From Tubiluchus corallicola (lineage: Eukaryota > Animalia > Priapulida), in the NCBI GenBank assembly GCA_030141605.1, contig JAQGDQ010000043.1, positions 124,001 to 188,000 on the forward strand: a DNA stretch of 64,000 bases, in the 5' to 3' direction. Below, in pieces: positions 52,629 to 64,000 of the stretch. The first letter of the stretch is position 1. Each line of letters opens with the position of its first letter. A program made the translations under genes and the position numbers. Under the pieces are notes generated by a model. It worked only from the letters and a program-made list of their open reading frames with translations. It did not search any database and had not been told where the DNA came from.

Positions 52629-53286
52629 TGCAGATGATAATGCCAAAAGGGAGAAAAATGAAAAGACTTGAATTATGTAAGAAAACAAGTACATGTATGT
52701 GAAAAGAATATCACGCTGTCATTACCATTACCATGTGTTAAGTGATAACTGGCTGTCACTTGCGGCATATTTGTGCCATTTTCAATGATTAAAATTGGTC
52801 ATGTCATTGAACTGCATAATGAATTAGTATTTAACATAGTTACTAATTATGCCCATGAAAATGTTTTAGGCACGAAATGCCATAAATTGGTCAGTAAACC
52901 TCTTGTAAATGTGTAAAATTGAATACAGTTTTACACTCATTTCATTAATATTTTTTCTTATGCAAAACTGACAAACAAGCAAATTGAAAAGCTCAAATTC
53001 TTGTTTAACTATACAGAAAAGGTCTGTATCTCGTTAATAAACACTGAAACTGAAGCCAAAGAAAACTGTTCATAAGTTTTTCAGTAGTTTTTGACTGACT
53101 GAGTAGAATCGATTGATTCAGTTGAATGACTGTTGTTGGCTGACTGATTTCATTTGGTGGCTGGGTAACTTACTGAGAAATTAGCTATGTAAACAAAACA
53201 TACTCTCAGTTTTTTAGCAGCATAGCACCAAACTTCTCAAGCTACAACAAAAATCAAAAAAAAAATAATTATTCAAAGCATAACAA

Positions 53287-53292
53287 TTTATT
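53287..53292 (-). terminator. Polyadenylation signal of the zf-3CxxC gene
   Basis: AATAAA on the minus strand about 55 nt after the TGA at 53348. Confidence 0.55.
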
Positions 53293-53347
53293 CAGCTTTG
53301 TAATCCACAGTAAAAGTAGCAGTCACCTGCTATAGCTACAGCTAAAG

Positions 53348-53510
53348 TCAATTTACTGGCATTGAAGGATATAAGGTGGAGCATGGCTTTCCAGCCTTTT
53401 GACACTTCTCACAAAACTCTTGTTCATGGAGGTCCTCCTGTAATTGCATTTGATGACAGGTTTCCATTTCTGCTTTCTCTGTACTTTCCCTGTTGGCGAA
53501 GTTTTGATAC
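53348..53510 (-). CDS. zf-3CxxC gene exon 3
   Basis: gcacag|RYQNFANRE..LHEQEFCEKCQKAGKPCSTLYPSMPVN*. Confidence 0.82.
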
Positions 53511-56500
53511 CTGTGCCACAAAATAAGGCTGTGGTAGAGTTGAAAGTTTTGATAAAAAGCTTTAGTGTAGTCTTGTCATAGGCCTACTATAAATATATAC
53601 ATACAGTATATTCATATATGTGTGTATTTATATTATGTATCTGAAGATGTGTACATTCGTCTGGAGATATACTGAGCAATGCAATTACATGTATATCAGA
53701 AATTTTATAACGTTACATAATCTTCAAACACCTGCATTACATCTCCAAACAACAGCAACTTTGGTGCACGGCACATGCAAAAACAAAGAATAGCCATCGC
53801 CAACTATATGCAATAGTTGTCTTTGTAGGGCAAAGGAGTTAAAGTAGAGGTGAAGGAAAAATATTGAGTCAATTATGCGGAGTTACTTGAGTCAATTACT
53901 GATAGTTGTTATATATATATATCTGAACAAAAGCGGCCCGTTCCATGCGTTTTTGAGTCAGTTAAGCGATTGAGTCTATTAACCATGAGTCTATTAAGCG
54001 GCGCCTACTGTACTACTATTTGACAATGCAAAAAGTAGAAAACAAATATTGCAATCGTTGGGCAGTTAGCAAACATAATTAATAACACTAGTACTATTTT
54101 CCATACCGGCTTATAAGGTTTTCTAACATTCTCTTAAATTCTTCAAGTGTGAAGCATGGTCTACGCCACTCGCTACAAGTTTTACACTTTTGCGACCAAA
54201 ACTTCGTTATCTTCTGTCGACGAAGATCAACGGTAATCCATGCTAAAATAAAGATATATGTACTTGGTAGAAATAGGGTCAAAAAGTTCGATGAATTGAA
54301 GCTTAAACAACAACAGCAGCAGCAATACACACAACAATAACAATTTATCTCTGGAATTAAACAATTTTATTATTAAATTCAAGAAAAACATAAAATTTCT
54401 TAATATTAATATTCAAAGTTTAACAAAAAAAAACACTGGCTACTCAAAGATACTGTACACGCATACAAAAACCTAGTAATTGCTATCACCGAAACTTGGT
54501 TGAGCAAAAAGATATCAAGCAAATCTTTACAATTACCTAAGCACATATTAATGCGAAAAGACAGATGCAATTCGAAAAAAGGAGGAGGGGTAGCTATTTA
54601 CATCCCAGCACATTTCAAATCAACTGAAGCAAAAGGCATATGAAGTAATAAAATCGAAACTTTATGGTGCAGCATAGAAGATTACCTAGTTGGAATTATT
54701 TACCGACCCCCAAATCTAAAATATAAACCGTTCTTAAAATATTTTTCGGTCGAACTTGAATGAGCTGTTTTTGAAAACAAGCGTATTCTTATAATAAAAG
54801 ATTTTAACATTGAAATTAATAATACCAAAAGTCCTGAATGCAAACAATACATTGAACTATTAAATAAATTCTATTTAAATGTAATAAATGACAAACCGAC
54901 AAGAATATCTAAAACATCATCTACATTAATTGACCACCTCATCTCAGATGACAATACAAAATTTGTGTCCCACGACAGCTGCCCTTGTGATTGTTCTGAT
55001 CACAATTTTGTTATTATAGTGGATGAAAAAACCCATCATCGAATTTTGACTCAACCAATTCAATAAAACATATTTTCTTCGGAAATAATTAATAATGTCA
55101 TTAACAGGTATAAAAACAAGCTAACCCATATCATGGATCTTATAATTGACAACAAAGTAATAAAGAAAACTAAAGATCTTGCAAATGCCCTTAATGCCAC
55201 TTTCATTAATTTGGGAAATTTCTGCTGGCCAGCTATTCATAACAGTAACTACAGTAACATAATTTCGAAATTAAATACTAACACAACTTTTTCGTTTTCC
55301 ACCATTACCACAAATGAAATATTTAAAAACTTAGTTAAACTAGACATTAACAAAGGCATTGGCCCATCTGAAATACCTATGAAAATGTTAAAGGACAGTG
55401 CTGGTATAATAGCACCTCATGTTGCCTCCATTACAAACCAAATGATCATGCACAGTGAATTCCCCAGTATTTGTAAGCTAGCCAATGTAACACCAGTCCT
55501 CAAAAAAGACTCATCAACTGACCCTGTTAATTACCGGCCTATATCGGTTGTTCATTGTTTTGGAAAAATTCTGGAAAAAGTACTATATGAACAGATAAAT
55601 TCATATATAAACACCAGCAATATACTTAGTAAACATCAATTTGGTTTTAGACGAAAACACTCTACTACTGATGCCATCATACATACAACTGAAAACTGGA
55701 TATCAAACTTAAATGAAAATAAATATGTTGTAGTTGCATTTTTAGACTTAAATAAAGCCTTTGATAGCCTAGACCACAATCTTTTGAAAGACAATTTAAA
55801 ATCATTAGGATTTAACGCAACTTCATTAAAGCTCATTAACAGTTACTTAAGAAACAGAAAACAAAGAGTTAAATTACCTACAAATACCGTCTCAGAATGG
55901 CTAACATTACAGAAGGACATACCACAAGGCACGCTTTTGGGTCCCTTACTTTTCTGTCTTGATATTAACAATATATCTAAAACACTAACACATTGTAATA
56001 TAACACAGTATGCTGACGACACAACTATATATTTAGGCCACGAAAATCTAACAACAGCTCAGCGACTTTTAGAACAGGATATCGCAAACATTAACATAGC
56101 ATTTACCCATTTAAAACTTAAATTAAATGGCACCAAAACAGATTTCATGGTCATTTCCCCATTCTCAAATGACAATATAAGTAATACTTCAATAAAAGTT
56201 GAAAATAGCATAATAAAACAGAAAAACAATGTAAGTTTTCTTGGTATCTGTGTAGATAATAAACTTTCTTGGGATAACCACTTTAATAAATTTACGATAA
56301 AATGGCATGCGGAACGTCCTACTTACGACGGGTAAAAGGTCAACTAACTAAACACACGCAGTTATTAATTTTTAAAACTCTCATTCTACCTCACTTTTTA
56401 TGCGGATGCACACTTTTTTGTGAAGTTTCAAGAGACAGCTATAACAATCTAAATAGTCTTCAAAACTATTCCTTAAGATTAGTCCCTGGCTGTTTCAATA

Positions 56501-57174
56501 AAACGTCTCTCATCACAAATCAAACCTCTGCAACAGAATTAAGAACAATGTTTAAAATGCCAATCTTACAAGCACATAAAGACTTCTACACAATCCAATT
56601 TTTAAATACATCAACAATATTAACACGCCCTTCATAAAAAATAAGCTTCCACTCCTCTTACAGCCAGCATTAAATCCAAGAACACACAACATTAAACAAA
56701 CACGCACTAATAACAAATACAGTAACAATTCTATCACTAAACAAGGAGTTCAACTCTGGAACGCCCTGCCATCAAATTTAAAACAAATCAAGTCTTTCTA
56801 CGAATTCAAATCAAAATCAAAAATACATACATTAAATCGTTTTGAAAACCCCACGTACGTTAATGATAATATATATTCATTCGCAGATTTTATTTACCCA
56901 CGTCCATTTTAAATTGTATGTATATATTGTATATAGTCTATATTATAATTATATATATATATGCCGAATCAGTACTGAACATAATGCTTGTAAAAGAATA
57001 AAGCAATCGGGTTGGATTACCTTTATTTGAGTACCATTGACGGTTGCAAGAAGTGCAGACGAATCTCCCGACTCCGAAAACTGCCATCATTTTGAACTTT
57101 GAGTTCACTGATTTGGGCGTCAAGTTATACTGCTTCATTACAGAACCAACTATGGTTTTTATCTTTCCAGGCAT
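53348..57174 (-). CDS. zf-3CxxC zinc-binding protein (RTP/ZAR1-like domain), 150 aa; complement join(53348..53510,54107..54242,57021..57174)
   Basis: The spliced product has FGVGRFVCTSCNRQWYSNKAWI, FWSQKCKTCSEWRRPCF and HEQEFCEKCQKAGKPC: three CxxC motifs plus His, with the characteristic F-x-C-xx-C-xx-x-W-x-S and Q-x-C-xx-C. GT-AG sites and phases are consistent (453 nt). Confidence 0.85.
53930..54012. mobile_element. Tc1/mariner-like MITE end
   Basis: The reverse complement reads TACAGTAGGCGCCGCTTAAT (TA plus CAGT terminus) with TTAAGCG subrepeats; the partner end was not found. Confidence 0.4.
54107..54242 (-). CDS. zf-3CxxC gene exon 2
   Basis: ttttag|AWITVDLRRQKITKFWSQKCKTCSEWRRPCF..LIS|gtatgg. 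Confidence 0.85.
54290..56962 (+). mobile_element. CR1/L2-group LINE ORF2 (APE endonuclease plus RT), decayed, antisense within intron 1 of the zf-3CxxC gene
   Basis: APE motifs FLNINIQSL, IAITETWL, RKDR..GGGVAIY, GIIYRPP, DFNI, PTRI..STLIDH and SDH. RT ORF 55133-56335 has NYRPIS, QFGFR, FLDLNKAFD, PQGTLLGP and YADD; C-terminal 'LWNALP..FKSK'. Stops and frameshifts present. Confidence 0.93.
57021..57174 (-). CDS. zf-3CxxC gene exon 1
   Basis: MPGKIKT..FGVGRFVCTSCNRQWYSNK|gtaatc. Confidence 0.85.
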
Positions 57175-59408
57175 AATCAGATTCCTGACTGCCTAGGTAA
57201 ATATTGCTGCTTTGCTAACCAATAGACTGGTATTACAAGTCAACAGAAATCTGCCTAAACTTTGTCAGTATCAGATCACTTATGGTGACATCATACAGTG
57301 GTATGACGTCATTAACGCTTAAGCTAATTACGTCTCTAAGTATGAACATTATAAGAAACCATCTCCAAGTCTTCATTTGGAATCATTTTAGGCAGCACAA
57401 GCAGCAAGAATAAAAAGCAACTATAGGTGTGACTAGATAACAGCGTGTAACAAATAGGTGGAAAAGGCTGTTTCAAAATTCTGTCTGTATATGTCTAGAA
57501 GACATATACTATTATAAAAGCTTGAGCGGTCCGTATGTGTGTCTATCTATATTTCTTTATGCACGCCTCAGCTGTTTCACGTACAGAACTGAAACTTGAC
57601 ACACTGAGTTTATGTCGACAATCACAAATACAGATAGGCCCGGCGTTCAGATATACTCAGAACCCGTTAATGAATCCCATTATGGATTTGCCAAACTATT
57701 ACACTTGTCATAAAACAAAAGTCAAATGTAAAAAAGCCAGTGGAGTAGTTCCTGTCACAATCTCTTCAGTCTTTTCCTCGCTTTATTATCCCGTCTCCGT
57801 GACTGATTAATGGTTATTTTGTAAATTATCAAATTATTGTTTTGCAGGCACTCCAGAACTTTGCGTTCAAGACAACAGTGGTTAATGCTACAACATTGTT
57901 CTTAAAATATTCTAAAGCACGGCCGCTGAACTCTTTTTTCCACTTTTTAGAGGAACGATATTTTTAGTTGTTCGTGCATCTTTTTACAACCGCCTTTGGC
58001 GTTCGTATTTTACGGTAAATACTTTTGCGCCTTATGCAAGCTTTGAAAGCATCTACTAAGTCTTATAAGTACCGCAGCTCTTAAGTCGATAAAAGGTTTA
58101 GAAAATTCCAGGGCAGATAGGCAGACAAAAAGGTAGTACAGTATATCCAGGACGGAGACACCATATTTTACCAAAAACAACAGAACTGATCTCGATAAAA
58201 TATTGTCAGCAACAATGCCAAAAGCTCCAAGACTGACGCACTCAGAACACTTCCTCTCTATGTATAGACGATCCTCTTACGAGCTATGTATTGCATACTG
58301 AGAAGCCAATTCACCCTAGCTATATCCCCCTCCCATCGTCCAACACTCGCGCCAATGATATAGGACGTCACCCGTGTAATAAGCTGCGAGGATTTAAACT
58401 AAGCATTTTCTCGTGCTTTCGAAGTCTAAAACATTCAACGGGTGTACGACATTTTAAAGTCTCAATATGTCAGTAAGATGTCAGCTTTAACGGAAATAAA
58501 TCCGCCATGATGAAGCCATACATCATTCTTATTTGTGCAGTAAATGAGAAACCCCGCATTAGCGTGCTTCTGATTTGTCTACAAATTGTAGCAAGGCGCA
58601 TGTTCCTAGAAGAGGTGCGTTTTTGCCATAACATGGTGCCAAACTTAGAAATTTCTAATAACGGCACACTACAAACAATTAAAATAATCGAATTTCCCAA
58701 ACTCAGCAATTTTACTGTTAGTCTGCTAGAATGGCCTGAAACTAATATCTAACTTGCAATTCCAGGCGTTTCGTTTCTTTTTTCGTGGCTCCTTAAAAAT
58801 TACCAACTGGGATCGTCAAGTAAAAGTTGAAACTTACAGATTATTTTGTGTAACAAGTCACGTAACACTTGATGCTATTACCTTTGGTAGTAGGCTATAT
58901 TAACTAATTGTGTGCGGTTTGCTTTTAGAACTGTGAAATTTACTTGCCATTCGAGGCGAGGAGTTGTATATCAATCACGTCGAGTGCCTCGTTTTACGTA
59001 TCCAATATCAGACTGTTTACTTCCTGAACAGTAAGATTAAAGAAACAGCTGCGGATAAGGTTGCGCACGGAAGGCTGGAGAACTGAAATGTAAAAAAAAC
59101 TTAGAGTGTAGATTAAAAATTAAGATTAGTTTCCGTTTAATTGTGTGAGTCTTGGTTCTGGATTCATTGGCACCCTTTTTAAATATTTTTCCTGTAAGCT
59201 TTTTCCTTTCTTTCGGGAAGGTGACTTGCTCAAAGTCACTCAAACGGTTTATCGGCTAGTGAATCAGCAATCTACACACTGTTGATGTTGCTAGGCTAAA
59301 AGCTTTGTTTGTCTCATCATGCAAATTTGTTACCATCCAAGGTGACTTTAGGTATTCTAATCAAGGCCCTGGTGCTCAGTGGAGAATCTGGATGTGACCT
59401 TATGAACC

Positions 59409-59510
59409 GTCTGTGGTCTGTTTTGTTGCACACGAGTCTGTGTTCTGTTTTGTTGCACACGAGGCTGTGTTTTATTTTGTTGCACACGAGTCTGTGGTCT
59501 GTTTTATTGA
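59409..59510. repeat. 27-bp minisatellite, about 3.7 copies
   Basis: The unit GTCTGTGGTCTGTTTTGTTGCACACGA is repeated head-to-tail. Confidence 0.9.
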
Positions 59511-59964
59511 GTCTGATCACGATCTCAAGTTCATCGATGTTTTAATCATTTTAACGGTTCTCAAAGCATTATTGTTGCTACACTTTTGCAAGTTTATTTT
59601 TTAAAGGTTTGTTTTCCGCGTGCAAGTCGTCTGGCAACTCAGGAAAGCCATTACTTTATTATACATCATTTTACTACGTTACTATGGCGCATTTTTACTG
59701 CATTATTATATTATTTTAATGGAACCGAAACTGATTTCGTTTTAGGTTATGAGATAAATGCAGCCGGGTCAAGATCGTTTGACTTTAGAAAAATCTTAGA
59801 AACAATCTACTAATTTACAAACATAGGTTACTATAGTTAGGTCTCAAAACAGATTAAAAGCTTTCTTTTTGAGAAACGCAACGTATTTCATCTAATATTA
59901 AAATATGCTATTTACAGTTTTAAAATCGTCTCACAAGTAAACATTCACTTACCATTCTTAAAAT

Positions 59965-60150
<186 letters not shown>

Positions 60151-61689
60151 ACTGTCAAGACGATACGAGAAAGGACGACAACAGATACAGACAATATCAA
60201 ACATGCAATCAGTGATTAAGTTTCACAAGCCTCTATATGTGCTAGACTAAACTCTGGGATTGACCATGTCAGCCCAAGTTTAATCTTTCCTTTCGAGGTA
60301 CTCGAAAGAGTACAGAGAACCTCACACCAGTAATTGACCCTTCTAAAATTCCCACAATGACATGTGAAAAATCGCGAACAAACGCTATGTTTGTTTACTT
60401 GGATCTGCATAGTGCCGGGTTGGGCGGGTCCGACATACTTTCTGCAATACTTTCTGCTTGTACCCGATGGTCAAGGATATTCTTTAATTCAACAATCTGA
60501 ATGAAAAGTGGTGTAGGCTGGACTAGAGTATTCCGGGCTTACCTTGGATTTCGAGAAAATACACCTGTTGGCAGAGTAGTGCGTCGTAATAACATTTCGC
60601 TCTTCTACTATTTTATTTAAGTGAATTAATATAAGCGTTATGAAATGGTGCGTAAATAGATACGCTTTTGACTGTTAAGAGACAAAAATTTAATAACAAA
60701 TATAAACCATTTTTGTCTTTTTATGAGTACGCCATTGTGTGCTGAATTCGGAACAGATTTCAGTGGACTACTGTGCATTAAAAAAGGCAATAGCCCTTGG
60801 CTGAAGAGAATAATAAACAAGTTTTCAATACAATCAGTTTTTGCAGACGTTTCATTGAACAAGTTTTTGGGCGAATTCAAAACATTAGGTTCCTGTTCTG
60901 TGGCGATTTAACACATTCTGGATGTGTGTAAAGTATACAAGAGTAATTCGGAATCGAGAACCACCAACAGGCCTAAGTTTGTATATTAGTTTAGGATTTG
61001 CCAAAAATTATCTAATGTTTTATTTATTTACTAGAGTTACAAAACTCGCACTGAATGAAGTTATTATGAATTCGCATCGCGGAGGGCGCTTTTCAATGTG
61101 ACCTTCGTTAAACAAAACATCAAACCGCGTCTTTTAGTGCTCAACTGGGTTTGTTCTTAATTGTTATTTAGGAATTAATTTCCTTTTTGCCTTTCTGTTA
61201 CTGTCTATCTCTCCCGTGAGTATAAATTTCGTTTTACTTGTTACACTATTTTAACAGCCAAGGCGCGTGAAATGCGTTGATGGCTTCATGAAAACAGATG
61301 TAAAGGACCTCATACAACTCTATCTGGTTGTTTTATTGTCCAACCTCGTGTTACTCTTTCCACTAAGTGTGCAGTGTATAGTGTTTCCATCGTTTACTGC
61401 TGTTGTTAACGGCGCTTGCCCTGTTTTATTACATCGGACTAGTGTAAATTTTAGCGCCAATCACGTTAAAGAGAAATTGAGATGAAGCTGGGAGGCTGAT
61501 GAACATTAGAACATCATTAACTAACACGTAATTAATTAAAGGTGAGCCATTATCTGCAGATGTTGTAGTAAAATGTCACTTCAGGGATTTACAGCCTTGT
61601 CATCTAGCAAAAATGAATTGCACTAAATTTATTTCGGTAATTACTCGCCACCATAACTCTGTACTATATTGCCATATACACCGAATTCA

Positions 61690-61827
<138 letters not shown>

Positions 61828-64000
61828 GACAATAAGAATGTAAGAATCTAAAATAGAATTGTGCAACCAGCATACGGTACAATAAACTTTGCAGTTTCTA
61901 CTTAACAAGCATTATCGGCACCCTAAATATTTACACTTCCATTGAGAAATAAACGACGTATTCCAGTTGTGGTCCTCATTATTTAGTGTCACGACTTCAA
62001 AATGATCAGTAAATTGTCTGCATATATACGTGATTAATTACGTGTGTTGTTAGCCGCGGTGTGCTGCTTAACTGTCTGTCAGTATGCCTAATCGCAGTAG
62101 CAGTTCAAGATGTCTATCTTGACAGGCTGTGATAATATTTACAAGATGGATTGACAGCTTATATAGTGTTGTAATGTTTATACAGTTTTGAAACCTGGTT
62201 TCACAAGATAATAAATACGCTGGCTGACAGCTTTAAAGTCGTCCTTACAACAGTACATTAATCGCAAAAAGCATAATAGCATTGATTTTTGCAAAAATAA
62301 AGAAAAGTCAACGTTTGATAATATTGTATTAGTGACACATACAAAAATTGAAAGAAGTGATTACACTAAATTATTGCGCATTTGCAATATAGGTAATCTG
62401 ACGAGCGCACTGATAATATTACGACAAAAATTCTAAAAACATAACCGCTACCTTGTTTTTGAGGTTAGTCGAATGAAGAGTAAAGCTTCAAAGAAATTTC
62501 AACCAGACGATATACTAATCACTGACGACTGTAAAGATTTTAATTCATTACTGCTCTGCAGTCCGTTATTGTAAAATATTGTTATTTTTATTTCAAGAAG
62601 ATCAAATTAAAAGATAAAAACAACAGCACGGCAATTGTGACATCTTTTTCTTTATCAGCTAGCGCTAGCGTATAGGAGACGCGAATTTTTTTGGCGAACT
62701 GGAAACAAATCCTGATTTATGTATAACTGCAGAGAAGAAGACAGCAACATAAAGTAGGACCTACATCAGAACAAGCAGAGAGTATAAAGTACATCAGAAC
62801 AAGCATATACAAAAACTGATTAATTATATCTGCAAAAGACTTGCAGCAGTAGAAAGAAAACCAAAACGGCAAAAGCAGATTCGAAGAAGTTAAAAACACT
62901 GGAGATTCAGTAAAAACCTGAAATCTTAAATCGCAAAGCATTTATCGTCCATAAATTAATAAAATTAAAGTCCAATGATCTCAACACAGAAAGAGCGCTG
63001 CTAATGAGATCATATAACATAAAGCTTGAGATATAAAGTTGCATTGTTTGTTAAATTTGTTTGTTCAAATACGCTTTTTTGAAAAGGTAAATGGCGACGT
63101 TACACTGAAATTACAGAACAAATAAACAAACGATCAGCAAAAAATCATTGAAACACGGATAATTGGATACACGAGGACAGACTTAATAATTTCACTGGCT
63201 TCCCAGAAACTTCGTGTACAAAGGACACTCATTAGTTCATCATCCTCCGTTCGAGCGTATGCGCGAGGCCAGTTTGAACAAATCTGTATAATTGGCTTAA
63301 AATCGGTCCTGTGTCGTGGCATTCCAAACTGGTTCGCAGAAGAAAAGCTCAATAATTTTTTAGTTTTATTCAATAAAGCCAAAACTTACTAATCTTTTTT
63401 TACAGTGAGAAAGCAAAGGTGCACCGTGAGACCGCAAGAAATGAGTTAAATCGTGAGACACACAATAAAACCGTGTGAATTGAGAATATAGAGGTATAGC
63501 TGTAATGAGTTTCTGCCATTAAATTTTAACGTATAAACCCAAGTTTACGTAAACCAGTGGTTTTAAATTTTGTTATTTCTGTCTTTTATGTGTTTTGGTA
63601 GTTTTATTGCTATGCTACTATTCTTGTTAAAAACAGAAAAATCGTTGAAAATTTATCAGCAACTTAGCAATCGGAGATTTCTGACAACGATAAATTAATT
63701 TAAGTTCCACTTTTTGGATATAAGTAAGACATTGGATTTTAGATGGCACCACAAAATTTGCAATTACATTTCGCCTTATTTTAATTTGTTATAGGTTAGT
63801 CATAGAAGCATCTTTCATACCAGTAGTCAAGCGAATCCAGTTTAGGCCTGTGGATAGCAACTGATTAGAAGTTTACTATATGTGCAGCTATTACGCGCAT
63901 GACAGCGAGTCCCAACGCTGAACTCCCAGGATTTAAGCTGCATCCTGAGTGTATCAGTCTTAGCAACACGTGAGAAGCATTGCTAGTTGCTGGACGGCGT

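Noticed and set aside
48411-52694. Short antisense or alternative-frame ORFs within AQR
   Set aside because: Expected shadows of a long CDS.
54247-57003. AATAAAG at 54247 and 56997 as a LINE target-site duplication
   Set aside because: It would leave a 28-nt ancestral intron, which is implausibly short, and a 7-mer match is likely by chance in AT-rich DNA.
59409-59510. 27-bp repeats as CRISPR or as coding repeats (ORFs 59309-59604)
   Set aside because: Head-to-tail minisatellite without spacers; ORFs stay open only because the unit is a multiple of 3.

Overview
AT-rich eukaryotic genomic DNA from an invertebrate animal, with GT-AG introns, microsatellites and decayed LINEs. No prokaryotic features or CRISPR array were seen. 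Four protein-coding genes were reconstructed by hand with consistent exon phases. (1) A PDZ-MTED-Sec7-PH-coiled-coil EFA6/PSD Arf6-GEF, + strand, 13 exons at 19361-32262; its 5' exon(s) were not found and probably lie upstream of the window. (2) A long ASCIZ/ATMIN zinc-finger/TQT-repeat gene, - strand, 6 exons at 35518-42844. (3) The spliceosomal helicase Aquarius (AQR), + strand, 48258-52628, with an intronless CDS. (4) A 150-aa zf-3CxxC (RTP/ZAR1-type) protein, - strand, 3 exons at 53348-57174, only fragmentarily seen by the ORF track; its first intron is filled by an antisense LINE. Non-coding DNA holds several LINE relics, a candidate tRNA/5S hybrid-head SINE family, a foldback-like element, hAT and Tc1/mariner MITE ends, long hairpins, and a site with three serial same-site RTE-like insertions. 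All family assignments come from motif recognition; no searches were run. I see no clear-cut novel multi-gene system; the findings are candidate oddities.
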